From a virus (taxonomy: Duplodnaviria; Caudoviricetes), in the IMG/VR virus record IMGVR_UViG_3300037510_000114, positions 1 through 40,942 of that record: a stretch of DNA of 40,942 nucleotides, one strand, 5' to 3'. Position 1 is the first letter of the stretch. Each line of letters opens with the position of its first letter. The notes beneath the pieces are model-generated. The model worked only from the letters and a program-made list of their open reading frames with translations. It was not told where the DNA came from and ran no database searches. Position numbers and translations under genes: made by a program. This document shows, one piece after another, positions 8,030-16,906 of the stretch.

Positions 8030-8514
8030 ACGAGTGCCGTCCTTTCCAGATCGATGAGGTTATGCGCCGACGGCGGCGGGGGCAGGATGGCCAAAATGGT
8101 CAGCAGCGTATCGAAGATCGGCTGCAGGACGCCCCGCACGGTCGTCTTGATCTTCTCGTCCGTGATTTCATTGATCGCCGCATCGAGGGTGGACCGGATG
8201 CCGCTGACCGCACCCTGCACGCTCTTCCAGTTGTCCGCCGTCTGGCTCTTGCTATAGGCATCCAGCGCCGCCGAGAGGCCCTTCCCGCCGTGGCCGACCT
8301 TTTCCAGTGCCTTGGCCACGTTGCGCGTCACATCCTTCGGGACGATCGTCGGTGTCAAGCCATCGAGCACGCCCAGGGCGGTATCGGATGTCGTGATGAC
8401 TTGATCGGCCCCTTTGGCGATCTGGCCCGGGGGCGTGAGCGTTGGCGTCGGATTGCTGGCGCATCCAGCCATGCCGAGCACGCAGACGCAGAGTAGAACT
8501 CGAATCGTTCGCAT
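8020..8514 (-). CDS. lipoprotein (possible spanin-like lysis accessory)
   Basis: AGGAG RBS and ATG 8514. MRTIRVLLCVCVLGMAG-C is a lipobox-type signal, followed by a helical body and a hydrophobic C-terminal helix. Confidence 0.7.
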   Translation of the reverse strand: MRTIRVLLCVCVLGMAGCASNPTPTLTPPGQIAKGADQVITTSDTALGVLDGLTPTIVPKDVTRNVAKALEKVGHGGKGLSAALDAYSKSQTADNWKSVQGAVSGIRSTLDAAINEITDEKIKTTVRGVLQPIFDTLLTILAILPPPPSAHNLIDLERTALVCL

Positions 8515-8524
8515 AAAGGTTCTC

Positions 8525-8806
8525 CTACTTGGTATCCGGTGGTGTCGGCATAGCCGCCTGCCCCTTGACGTGCTCGCCGGTGTCGGCATCGACACGGGTG
8601 ACGACGCGATTGTTGGGCGTGACGGCGCCCCGATTAAACATGGCCAGAAAGGCACTGAGTGCCATCATGGCGCCGGCCATCTGCTGATCGCTCCAATGGA
8701 TCACACCAAAGAGGACGAGGGCCAACGCAATCTGGCGCACCGCCTCAAGCAGCGACGTCGGATTACTCGTCACAGTGTCCGTGATCCAATCCCAAAACTT
8801 CTGCAT
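8525..8806 (-). CDS. holin-like small membrane protein
   Basis: Two hydrophobic helices (IALALVLFGVIHW; MAGAMMALSAFLAMF) followed by R..VTP, similar to r1t/SPP1-like holins. Confidence 0.55.
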   Translation of the reverse strand: MQKFWDWITDTVTSNPTSLLEAVRQIALALVLFGVIHWSDQQMAGAMMALSAFLAMFNRGAVTPNNRVVTRVDADTGEHVKGQAAMPTPPDTK

Positions 8807-8821
8807 GCTGTCCCTTCTGTC

Positions 8822-9127
8822 CTATCGTCCTTCGTACGTCTGCATGACCGGCTTCGGTCCGACGCCACCGATCGCCGCGTGATTGGTGCGCGAGAAGTAG
8901 AACCCGACGACCGTCCCGAACGCCACCGCCATGATGGTCGGAATCTGCTCACCGGACACCGTCATAAACGCCTTCACCATCGTGGCACCCACTACTAGTA
9001 GGGCAATGACTGATTGCGTGTACTCCCAGATCAGGTTGACCTTCCGCTGGCCGGCCGTGACGAGGTCTTCCTGAGCTGTCGTCTTCGGCGGTAGGGGCTG
9101 TTCAGCGACAGCTAGCGGCGTAGTCAT
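8822..9127 (-). CDS. holin-like 2-TM membrane protein
   Basis: VIALLVVGATMV and IMAVAFGTVVGFYFSR. The latter motif is common in phage holin-like proteins. Confidence 0.6.
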   Translation of the reverse strand: MTTPLAVAEQPLPPKTTAQEDLVTAGQRKVNLIWEYTQSVIALLVVGATMVKAFMTVSGEQIPTIMAVAFGTVVGFYFSRTNHAAIGGVGPKPVMQTYEGR

Positions 9128-9128
9128 G

Positions 9129-9314
9129 TCATCGCCTCAGAATGAGCGGCCCACCACCGTAGAGCCCCAGCGCCTGCACCAAAATGAGGATCAGAATGAT
9201 GATGAAGATCACCTGCACGATGATCGGGAAGGGCGGGGGCAGCGGCAGTTGCAGCACGGCCCAGTAGATCAGCCCCAAGATCAGGATAGTCACCAAAAGT
9301 CCAATTAATCCCAC
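9129..9314 (-). CDS. small hydrophobic 2-TM protein (Thivi_2564-like pattern)
   Basis: AAGGAG RBS and GTG start. LLVTILILGLIYWAVLQLPLPPPFPIIVQVIFIIILILILV. Confidence 0.7.
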   Translation of the reverse strand: MGLIGLLVTILILGLIYWAVLQLPLPPPFPIIVQVIFIIILILILVQALGLYGGGPLILRR

Positions 9315-9359
9315 CGTAATCTCCTTTGCGATGCTCTCTCACCAAAGACTACATATCAG

Positions 9360-9368
9360 TGTTATAGT
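9360..9368 (+). promoter_or_regulatory. putative extended -10 promoter for a leaderless HNH transcript
   Basis: TG-t-TATAGT ends 6 nt before ATG 9375 with no SD. It is flanked by an AGACTA/TAGTCT inverted repeat (9346-51 / 9365-70). Confidence 0.45.
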
Positions 9369-9374
9369 CTAAGC

Positions 9375-10139
9375 ATGAGACAGCTCATTGACCTCACTGG
9401 GCAACGATTTGGACGGCTTACAGTTGTCGAACGAGCGACCACTGGCCGCCCACATAGAGCGTACTGGACGTGCCGATGCGATTGTGGTGCTACTCGCGTG
9501 GTGCATTCGCAACCATTGAGAGACGGACGCACCAAGAGTTGCGGGTGCCTTCAGCGCGATGTCTTGCGAAAGAGATTGCTTACTCACGGCAAGAGTCGCA
9601 CGTCCGAACATCAGATCTGGGGCAGCATGAAATCCAGGTGCCACAACCCCAGGGACCACGCGTTTCGCTATTACGGCGAGCGAGGAATAACAGTCTGCCA
9701 GCGTTGGCGCGATTCGTTTGAGGCATTCCTGTCCGACATGGGCACTCGTCCCTCGAAGCTCCATTCGATCGAACGTCGCGACAATAATGGACCGTACTCT
9801 CCTGAGAATTGTCGCTGGGCGACTCGCTCTGAACAGATGAGCAATATCAGGACGAATCGACTCGTGACAGTTAACGGTCAAACGTTTCCGTTTTCCGAAT
9901 GGCGCAGGCGTTCTGGCCGATCGAGTCTCCAGTACCGTCTGGACACCGGATGGTCCCCGGAAAGAGCGGTAGCAACAGAACCAAAACCAATTCGCAAGCT
10001 GACCATAGATCAGGTTAGAGACATTCGAGAGCGATGTTCCAAGGGCCAAACACAGACGTCGGTTGCTCGTATCTATGGCGTGGATCCATCTGCGATCAGC
10101 AATGTCGTTCGCCGCAGGAATTGGGCTCACGTTGACTAA
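9375..10139 (+). CDS. HNH homing endonuclease with C-terminal HTH
   Basis: DLTGQRFGRLTV..WTCRCDCG..SCGC, WGSMKSRC.NP....YYGERGI.VC.RW, SIERRDNNGPYSPENCRWAT and a C-terminal HTH (QTSVARIYGVDPSAIS). Opposite strand to the operon and visibly less GC-rich. Confidence 0.9.
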   Translation: MRQLIDLTGQRFGRLTVVERATTGRPHRAYWTCRCDCGATRVVHSQPLRDGRTKSCGCLQRDVLRKRLLTHGKSRTSEHQIWGSMKSRCHNPRDHAFRYYGERGITVCQRWRDSFEAFLSDMGTRPSKLHSIERRDNNGPYSPENCRWATRSEQMSNIRTNRLVTVNGQTFPFSEWRRRSGRSSLQYRLDTGWSPERAVATEPKPIRKLTIDQVRDIRERCSKGQTQTSVARIYGVDPSAISNVVRRRNWAHVD

Positions 10140-10157
10140 AGACATCGCGGTCTCCTC

Positions 10158-11318
10158 TCAGTGAACGATTTCCAACACGCGGCAACCAGGTAGCCCGTAG
10201 CTCTCCCCGGTCAGCCGCCAACCCGCACCGATACTCACGATGCCGGGATCGTCCCCGCCGACAATCACCACGCCGCCGTTCGATCCGTTGATGCCGGCGT
10301 ACGCCCGCACGGCTCGCCCCTCGTCGAAGTTCTGCACAGGTGACGAGGCCCATCCTCCGTGCCCGTTGCTGTTCTGATAGCTGCTTCGCTGGCCGTGCAG
10401 GTAGCCGTCCATCGCCTGGAAGCCTCGGACGAAGGCATCCGCGCTCGCATCCTGTGTTGGGCCGACCGGATAGCTGATGTGCAGGCCATCTTCGAAGTGA
10501 TAGATCGCGCCCACCTCGAACAGCCGCGACAAGGCCCCGAGACAGAGGAATGCGGCTGGATCGTTGAGCCGTTGCCCGGGCGTTCCAGGTTCCGCTGCGC
10601 CGATCGGCTCATTGTTGACGACGGCCTTCCCGGTTGCGTCGGAGACAGCCTGCATCTCGCGCACGCGGCGGACTTGGTTCCACATGTCCCGTCCGCGATC
10701 AAGATGGACGGTCACGTAGTCGCCACCGCCGAACATGGTCGATTCGTCGTCTTGAGCGGCCCCGTAGGCAATCAGGCCGGTATAGCCGGCACGGCGCGCG
10801 AGGTCTCGCAACTCAGCGAGGAAGTTGGTGTCCGTCAGCGCCGGATTCTGGGTCTGGTGATACAACTCGTTGCCCAGCTCGAGCCCGAATACTTCCGGCC
10901 GTCCCGCGCAGATGGCCGCCACCATTTCGACATGCTGACGGATCTCGTCCTTCGACATGTTCGCGGTGTCGGTGCAGGCGGTCACCTCGCATCGCAACCC
11001 TCGCGCCTTGCCCATGTCGAGCACACCCGGCAGCGCCGCACGCGCCTGTGCTGCTGTCGCGCCATCGAAGGTCAGGTTGCCAGCGAACACGCGGAAGCCG
11101 TTGAAGCCTTTCTTGCGTCCCCAGTTGAGGAATGCTTCGCTCGGCTTGTTGGCACCAAGGATCGACAGCGCCGAGAAGAACAACGGCCGGAACACCCCGC
11201 CGTCGTCCACGAACAGCTTGCCATCGCGACGCACGAAGCCCTTGATCGCAGGACCCGACACGATCGGCGCGCTACCACCGCGGCCGGCGAGTAGCAGGAA
11301 CAGGTCCGCAGCCTTCAC
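10158..11318 (-). CDS. putative glycoside hydrolase, GH-A clan TIM barrel (GH5-like)
   Basis: GGAGG RBS and GTG overlapping the upstream TAG. GFNGFRVF, ELGNE (acid/base-like), VTVH, VVNNEP (nucleophile-like). Confidence 0.6.
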   Translation of the reverse strand: MKAADLFLLLAGRGGSAPIVSGPAIKGFVRRDGKLFVDDGGVFRPLFFSALSILGANKPSEAFLNWGRKKGFNGFRVFAGNLTFDGATAAQARAALPGVLDMGKARGLRCEVTACTDTANMSKDEIRQHVEMVAAICAGRPEVFGLELGNELYHQTQNPALTDTNFLAELRDLARRAGYTGLIAYGAAQDDESTMFGGGDYVTVHLDRGRDMWNQVRRVREMQAVSDATGKAVVNNEPIGAAEPGTPGQRLNDPAAFLCLGALSRLFEVGAIYHFEDGLHISYPVGPTQDASADAFVRGFQAMDGYLHGQRSSYQNSNGHGGWASSPVQNFDEGRAVRAYAGINGSNGGVVIVGGDDPGIVSIGAGWRLTGESYGLPGCRVLEIVH

Positions 11319-11569
11319 TACTGGCCTCCGATGATCACGGGCCAGACGTTCCCGCCAGGCGTGAAGATCAGCAAGTTGCCATCGCGCTCGCCGACCTCGT
11401 ACTCCCCCGTCGTCCCGGCCGCGCGCGTCTGGTAGTCGCCATTCGGCTGCACCGACAGCACCGAGCCGTCCGCCGTGCTGACCGTATAGCGGTTGCCGTC
11501 TACCTGATTCAGCGATCCGGGCAGGAACCCGGTGATGTCCTTGCCGATCGGCCGATTCGAATACACCAT
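11318..11569 (-). CDS. small beta-rich hypothetical protein
   Basis: GGGAGA RBS and ATG 11569. VLSVQPNGDYQTRAAGTTGEYE. Confidence 0.7.
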   Translation of the reverse strand: MVYSNRPIGKDITGFLPGSLNQVDGNRYTVSTADGSVLSVQPNGDYQTRAAGTTGEYEVGERDGNLLIFTPGGNVWPVIIGGQ

Positions 11570-11583
11570 CTGTCTGCTCTCCC

Positions 11584-11774
11584 ACCGCAAAACAAAAGAC
11601 CGCTGGGCTCACGCCTCAAAAGGCGCAATTCCACAGCGGTCCTGTCTGTGCGGTCCTTGTATGTATCCCCCGGGCTGGACCTCAGCCCTTCGTCGATCGG
11701 TTCATGAGGCCGATCCAGGGGGAACCTTGCTATTAAACGATCCGGGCGTTTCCTTTAACTGGACGTGTCCGGAT
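11584..11774 (-). promoter_or_regulatory. structured leader: hairpin, three-way junction and terminator-like stem with U tract
   Basis: Paired arms ACCGCA/TGCGGT, GACCGCTG/CAGCGGTC, CGCCT/AGGCG, TCCCCC/GGGGGA, GGGCTG/CAGCCC, GATCGG/CCGATC and ATCCGG/CCGGAT fill almost the whole gap. Confidence 0.55.
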
Positions 11775-11785
11775 TAAAGATCGCT

Positions 11786-12178
11786 TCACTCGACGACCTC
11801 GCCGTCTCCATCGTGACGCCGCGGCTTAGCCGCTTTGGGCCTACCAGGAGCTACGGTTACCGGTCCCTCACTGTCCATCCAGCCGACGGCGTCGGAGGCG
11901 CTTCCGAACGTTGCTGAGAACTCCGACTTCTTCCACTCAGGTAATTGATCGCCCTTGTCAGCAATCTCACGCGCCAACCTGTACAGAGCCTCGTATTCTT
12001 TGCGAGCATCAACCCCACGATCGAAGTCATGCAGGAGCGTCCGCAACGCATGCTGTGGGCATATATTGACGTGCGTCTCTGGCGGCCCATCTGACGAACA
12101 CCACAGACAGCCGATGCGGTCGCACTGAGCGATCAGCTTTCTGGCCGTCTCGATGGCGAATTGTGCTTGGTCGGTCAT
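11786..12178 (-). CDS. hypothetical protein with Cys/His cluster
   Basis: ATGA coupling to the upstream gene. GCLWC...H...CP.H. Confidence 0.6.
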   Translation of the reverse strand: MTDQAQFAIETARKLIAQCDRIGCLWCSSDGPPETHVNICPQHALRTLLHDFDRGVDARKEYEALYRLAREIADKGDQLPEWKKSEFSATFGSASDAVGWMDSEGPVTVAPGRPKAAKPRRHDGDGEVVE

Positions 12179-13926
12179 GGCTGCACCGCCACGGGTCGCT
12201 TGTTGCCGCTCCGATCCTCGCCCTTCGCGTTCTTCAGCGAGACGTATAGCGATCCGTTCACGATCTCCACCTTGCCCCGAACGTCATTGAAGCGGTCGTG
12301 AAACTCCACCGCCCAGGGCTGGCCCGGCCGGATAGCGGTCCCATAGCTGTCGATCGTCACGCCCGGTGCATTCATCTCGTCTTCTCCCGCGATCGGCCCG
12401 TAGGGCTGCGGCCTCGGCGCTACGACAAAGGCTTCCGTCCCAGTGAATGGCACCGGCTGTGTGTGCTGGACCATGGCGCCCTTGTGCCACATCTCCCAGC
12501 GGATCTCTCGCATGTTGCGATCATAGTACGAATACTCGATATCGTTGTCGTCAACGGACGCGTCGTAGGTGTGTCGGTAGACGACCTCCACGCCCTTGAA
12601 GACAGCACGGCCGACCTCAAAGGCCATACTGACGCGTTTCGGATCGCCGGTCGCCTTCCCCGCGATCGCGTGATGGCGCCAGCGAAACTCGCAGTCGTAG
12701 GTGACCGACCAGCCCGACGTTCCGACAAGCGGAAACCAGAGTCTCGCCTTGTCGAAATACATCCAGTCGTTCAGCCCGTTGATCTTCTGGCCTGTTGAGG
12801 AGTCCGCCAGCAGACCGACGTTGTTGGTTACCGGATCAAGGTCGAGCCATGCCCCGACATCGCCCTGCGGATCGTTCTCGACCGGATCGCCCTTGCGGAA
12901 CCAAAAGACGTTGCCCTGTCGTGCGGTGGCGGTTGCCTGCCACGATGCACGGATGTCGAATGGAGTCCAGACCGGACCGGACTTCCAGGGAATGTCCGGC
13001 AGCGTCGCCGGCACGGCTGGATCAGGCACCGGGATGCGCGCGGTGTCAATCGGGACGACATGCACCTGAAGTGGCGTTGAACGCCCCAAGTTCGCGCTGC
13101 CAGCCACGACGTAGGCCCCATGCGTGTCCCATTCAGCGACGCAGATGGTATCCGCTGGAAACGCCGTCAGGACAATGCATTCCGCCTCGGAACGCCACTT
13201 CCCATTAGTGCCAAATGTCAACCGCCGCCCCAGCACCATCGGTTCGTCGATTCGGTTGTTCGTGGACGACCACGCCCAGACTTCCCCGTCAACCGTGTGG
13301 ACGAGTCTCGCGACGCCTTCCTTGCCCCAGGGCGCCACCGAAATGTCGTGGATCATGCCATCGGGCGTGATCATCTTGGCGGGTCCGTAGTAGCCGTACG
13401 TGATCCAGCCATGCGTCGAGATCTGGAATTCGTTTGCCTCGGTAGGCTTGGGTGCGCTCCAGTCAAGGACGCCGTTCAGATAGACCTCGAAGGTCACGTT
13501 GTCGCGGACCGTCAGCAGGAACTGACCGGCCATGCGGACCGATGTGACGCCTGTCGTAAGCAGCCGATTATCGAATGCAACCCGACGCGCAGCCGTGAAC
13601 GCGCTCGCCCAGTGACTTCCGCTTGCCTCAAATTCATTCGCTGCGACGAAGAACGGATCGTCACCCGTGGGCGGGATGTTGGCGTCGAAGGCACGGAGAT
13701 CAGCCACGAAGCGCTGAGCCGTGACCGCGCTGACTGGCCTGATCCACGTCACGTGATCGTCGTCGATGAACCGCAGCGAACGTCCCGATCCGATCGGCCA
13801 GATGGCGGCCGGATTCGGCACATGGACAACCTGCAGAGACGTATTCCCGAAAGCCACTTTCTGGCCATCCGGGCTGATCGCCTGCACGTTGCCTTCCGGC
13901 TCGAAGGTGTAGACCAGCGTGCTCAC
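12175..13926 (-). CDS. large hypothetical beta-rich protein (N-terminal beta-propeller-like)
   Basis: GTG 13926 overlaps the upstream stop (GTGA). AISPDGQKVAFG is a WD40/TolB-like blade motif, and there are Pro-rich linkers between domains. Confidence 0.7.
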   Translation of the reverse strand: MSTLVYTFEPEGNVQAISPDGQKVAFGNTSLQVVHVPNPAAIWPIGSGRSLRFIDDDHVTWIRPVSAVTAQRFVADLRAFDANIPPTGDDPFFVAANEFEASGSHWASAFTAARRVAFDNRLLTTGVTSVRMAGQFLLTVRDNVTFEVYLNGVLDWSAPKPTEANEFQISTHGWITYGYYGPAKMITPDGMIHDISVAPWGKEGVARLVHTVDGEVWAWSSTNNRIDEPMVLGRRLTFGTNGKWRSEAECIVLTAFPADTICVAEWDTHGAYVVAGSANLGRSTPLQVHVVPIDTARIPVPDPAVPATLPDIPWKSGPVWTPFDIRASWQATATARQGNVFWFRKGDPVENDPQGDVGAWLDLDPVTNNVGLLADSSTGQKINGLNDWMYFDKARLWFPLVGTSGWSVTYDCEFRWRHHAIAGKATGDPKRVSMAFEVGRAVFKGVEVVYRHTYDASVDDNDIEYSYYDRNMREIRWEMWHKGAMVQHTQPVPFTGTEAFVVAPRPQPYGPIAGEDEMNAPGVTIDSYGTAIRPGQPWAVEFHDRFNDVRGKVEIVNGSLYVSLKNAKGEDRSGNKRPVAVQP

Positions 13927-14048
13927 AGTGCTTCTCGAATCACAATGCCATTCAACTTGAACGCCTCGATCGCCGCTTCGCTCTGGCTGTCGGCCTGGAT
14001 CAACCACACTCGCCCCGAGGCCGGAATAGCGATCCAGAAGAACCTCAC
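13923..14048 (-). CDS. 41-aa hypothetical protein
   Basis: GTGA overlaps at both ends: VRFFWIAIPASGRVWLIQADSQSEAAIEAFKLNGIVIREAL. Confidence 0.5.
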   Translation of the reverse strand: MRFFWIAIPASGRVWLIQADSQSEAAIEAFKLNGIVIREAL

Positions 14049-14320
14049 CGCGTCACCTGAAAGGACCGCGATGCAGCCGTCCGATCCATGCAGCCCTCGA
14101 TCGTCTCGATCTCCGCCATCCAGACGTCGGCGCCGAGCTTCGTCGGCTGCACCAACACCCCCGGCAGGAATTGCAATCCCGTCCCGGTTAGCGTCCACGG
14201 ACTCGCCGGCGGCGGGACGCTCTTCTGATACACGCTCACCCGCTTGATCGCCGTGCCCGGTATTGCCAGAAACGGTGGCGTCACCCGGACCAGGATCGTG
14301 ACTTGGTCGCCCTGATGCAC
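14045..14320 (-). CDS. hypothetical beta-sandwich protein
   Basis: 91-aa ORF in operon. Start is uncertain because the frame stays open upstream. Confidence 0.5.
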   Translation of the reverse strand: MHQGDQVTILVRVTPPFLAIPGTAIKRVSVYQKSVPPPASPWTLTGTGLQFLPGVLVQPTKLGADVWMAEIETIEGCMDRTAASRSFQVTR

Positions 14321-14370
14321 AAACCGCGGCCATGGCTCGAGGATCGTGATCCGCGGCTGATGCTCCGGTC

Positions 14371-14829
14371 CTAGGGCGTCGCCACTGGGCCCACGGCAGC
14401 CGGTCGCGGCGCCTGGCGGCTGGGCTGCCCAAAAGGGTTGCCGGCTGGGTACCTCGCAAACAACCCAGCATCCTCACCATTCACCGTCAGCACCGAAATG
14501 TATTCCTGCCCGATGGGCGTCGCGAAGAGCGTCGGGAGCGACGACTTGTTGACGATGATGATCTTGTTGGGCCCGGCATAACTGGGCTTACCCAGACTCT
14601 GCGACTGCACGGGTGCGCACGTCGCCGCATCGCTGCCCTTGACGCAGTATCCGATGGTGTAGCCGCTGACGACCGGCGTGCCGAGATCCAGCGCGTCATG
14701 ATCGGGACTCGCGACGAAACAGAGCTGCGTCGGCGAGACAACGGTGCCGCTTGGCGCCGTTGGGCAGGTCTGCGCCTGCGCGGTCGCCGCGATCCCCAGA
14801 ACACTCAACAGACAAACCAATCGCTTCAC
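14371..14829 (-). CDS. secreted protein (Sec signal peptide)
   Basis: GAAGGAG RBS and GTG start. VKRLVCLLSVLGIAATAQA|QT, with four Cys in the mature part. Confidence 0.75.
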   Translation of the reverse strand: MKRLVCLLSVLGIAATAQAQTCPTAPSGTVVSPTQLCFVASPDHDALDLGTPVVSGYTIGYCVKGSDAATCAPVQSQSLGKPSYAGPNKIIIVNKSSLPTLFATPIGQEYISVLTVNGEDAGLFARYPAGNPFGQPSRQAPRPAAVGPVATP

Positions 14830-14842
14830 GGGTTGATCTCCT

Positions 14843-16678
14843 TCACTGCGTGACGACCGGCGGAACGGTCGCGGGCCTCGGCGCCGGCATGGTGGATGTG
14901 GAATGACCGATCTTCCACACATAGACTTGGCCGCAGGTGCTGTAATTCGGCCCGCCCGTGCAGTCGGTGAAGCTCACGGTCGTCAAGAACTGCTGATGGG
15001 CGGGATCGGCGCCCGACCAGGACGGTCCGGTGTAGGAGTTGCCCCCACCGCCATTCTGTGCGACGCCGCGCCCAGTCGCCGGACCGCCAAACGCCGGCAT
15101 TAAGGCGGTCGCATCCACGTCGGCGTAATACGTCGGAAGATCGGGCGTCGCGTAGGTGCCGTTGAGCACCTTCGTGTATTCGTTGGGATCGATGATCTGC
15201 AACCGAAACGTCGCGCGTGGGAAAAACCCGCCGGTGGCGCCGTGGCCATAGAAGGGGCCGAACCACCATTGCATCCCAGGCACCGGCACATGGTTCCCCG
15301 TGCTGAAATCCAGGCCGCCGACCGCATACGTATAGGTCGTCGTGCCTGACGTGGGCGTGCTGACCCCCGTGATCGTCATCCACGTCCAGTCGCGGGCGTT
15401 CGCTGTATCACATCCCGCCACCGACGGGGCGCACGTTTGCGCCCACATCACGTCATCGACGTGCGGCACGGCGCCGTCATGCGTATCCACGGCACTCGTC
15501 GTCGAGAAGCTCCCTATGCCGGTGGCGGCGTTGTAGGACGGAGCCGGTGTGGCCGCGATCGTCCCAGTCGCCCAGCCCGACACGATGCGATAGGGCACCA
15601 CGACGCCACGGACCACGCCATCGTCATACCAGTCCATGCCCCAGGACGTGCCGCTACCCCAGAACCAGCCATGCCCTTGGTACGGATCCCACCAGTACGG
15701 AGAAAACGTCTGGCTGTAACCCGTATAGGCGAGTTTCGCTGGAAAGGGATGCGTGGGTGGATTCGCGCTGGTGGCGCATCCCAGCGACCCACCGCCGCAC
15801 GTTGGGCCGAGCGCGTTCGCGGCAAACCGCGCCAGCACGGTGCCAGCCGGCGTGGGAAACGGCGTGGTCGTGCCGTTCGTACAAGTATTACCGGAGGGGA
15901 CCGGCACGAGTTGCAGCGACGGACCGTTGCTCGTGATTTCCACCGTGCCTGTCGCGCCCCCGAGCCCCAGCAGCCAATAACCCTTGGCACTCGCCGGCAA
16001 GCGCGCCTGATTCGCGGTGACCCACGACGCGGGCGGAATCAAGAGGCCGCCGCCCGTGATCTGCTGATACGTGGGCGGGTTCGCCGCCCAACACCCCGTC
16101 AGGGCCAGCGTGTGGGCCGTGCTGTTCAACGTCGCCGCCCCGATCCCGTTCTTCCCCCACGTATCAAAGCCGTTGTAGATGGGAAACCACGTTTCGACGA
16201 GGAGGCCGTTCGCGTCGTCCCATTTGAGGCCACCGGGTTTGACTGCCCAGCAATCCCCAGGCAAGAAATCCGTATAATTTCCGGTCGCGCACCCACTGGT
16301 GCTGGCAATCGGGAAGGCGCCCCAATCGGATCCCGTCGCGCTCCCGTCAGGGCCTCCCCAGCCCCAAGCGGCGGCCTGCGAAAACGGCGTCGTGTTGACC
16401 GATGCTGTGCAGGCCGCGAGCGTGGCCGGTTCCACGGATTCGAGGACATGCCCACTCCCCGCGAGCACGTAATAGTGCCGACGCGTATCGCCTGGCACAT
16501 AGCGATAGGTCATGGCGGTCATGCCGCGGGAAAAATCCGCGACGGAGCCTTGCGGGACGGCGATGCGAAACGTGCCGACACAGGTGATCTTGCTGGGATC
16601 AATGAGGCCTGCCGGCGTCTGCGCCTGCGCGCTGGCCGCGAGCCCCAACACCAGCACCATGATCACTCGCTGTCTCAT
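14843..16678 (-). CDS. large secreted Cys/Trp/Thr/Gly-rich protein
   Basis: GAGGA RBS. MRQRVIMVLVLGLAASAQA|QT signal, many Cys, beta-propeller-like composition. Confidence 0.8.
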   Translation of the reverse strand: MRQRVIMVLVLGLAASAQAQTPAGLIDPSKITCVGTFRIAVPQGSVADFSRGMTAMTYRYVPGDTRRHYYVLAGSGHVLESVEPATLAACTASVNTTPFSQAAAWGWGGPDGSATGSDWGAFPIASTSGCATGNYTDFLPGDCWAVKPGGLKWDDANGLLVETWFPIYNGFDTWGKNGIGAATLNSTAHTLALTGCWAANPPTYQQITGGGLLIPPASWVTANQARLPASAKGYWLLGLGGATGTVEITSNGPSLQLVPVPSGNTCTNGTTTPFPTPAGTVLARFAANALGPTCGGGSLGCATSANPPTHPFPAKLAYTGYSQTFSPYWWDPYQGHGWFWGSGTSWGMDWYDDGVVRGVVVPYRIVSGWATGTIAATPAPSYNAATGIGSFSTTSAVDTHDGAVPHVDDVMWAQTCAPSVAGCDTANARDWTWMTITGVSTPTSGTTTYTYAVGGLDFSTGNHVPVPGMQWWFGPFYGHGATGGFFPRATFRLQIIDPNEYTKVLNGTYATPDLPTYYADVDATALMPAFGGPATGRGVAQNGGGGNSYTGPSWSGADPAHQQFLTTVSFTDCTGGPNYSTCGQVYVWKIGHSTSTMPAPRPATVPPVVTQ

Positions 16679-16687
16679 CTCATCCTC

Positions 16688-16906
16688 TCACTTCCCTACC
16701 TCGTGCCGTCTCCGATACACCAAGCGTTCGGCCCCAGCGCCTCTCCTAAACGGCCGTCCTTCCACATCCCCGTTCACGTAGAGCTGTTGCGCGTATTGTG
16801 TTCGTGGCCCGATCAAGGATGGACTGTCATGCCCGCCATCCCAGTAGATCACGAGTTCTTCGCCGTCGGGGCCGTGAACGACATCACCACGCGCCATCGC
16901 GATCAT
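16688..16906 (-). CDS. hypothetical protein
   Basis: ATGA overlap with the endolysin stop (MIAMARGDVVHGPDGEELVIYWDGG). Confidence 0.5.
   Translation of the reverse strand: MIAMARGDVVHGPDGEELVIYWDGGHDSPSLIGPRTQYAQQLYVNGDVEGRPFRRGAGAERLVYRRRHEVGK

Noticed and set aside
9344-10143. AAAGAC on both sides of the HNH gene as a target-site duplication
   Set aside because: Only 6 bp, no terminal inverted repeats or transposase, and homing endonucleases do not make TSDs.
9369-10145. 258-aa minus-strand ORF co-oriented with the operon
   Set aside because: It is the exact antisense of the HNH gene, which has all the family motifs; this frame has none.
11666-11723. Three-way junction considered as a hammerhead or tRNA
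   Set aside because: It lacks CUGAnGA/GAAA core and lacks T-loop, anticodon arm and cloverleaf. It is kept only as an unknown structure.
14320-14380. CCC TAG at the end of 14371-14829 as a frameshift site fusing it to 14045-14320
   Set aside because: CCC-stop promotes +1 shifts, but the downstream ORF is in the -1 frame and there is no X XXY YYZ heptamer.
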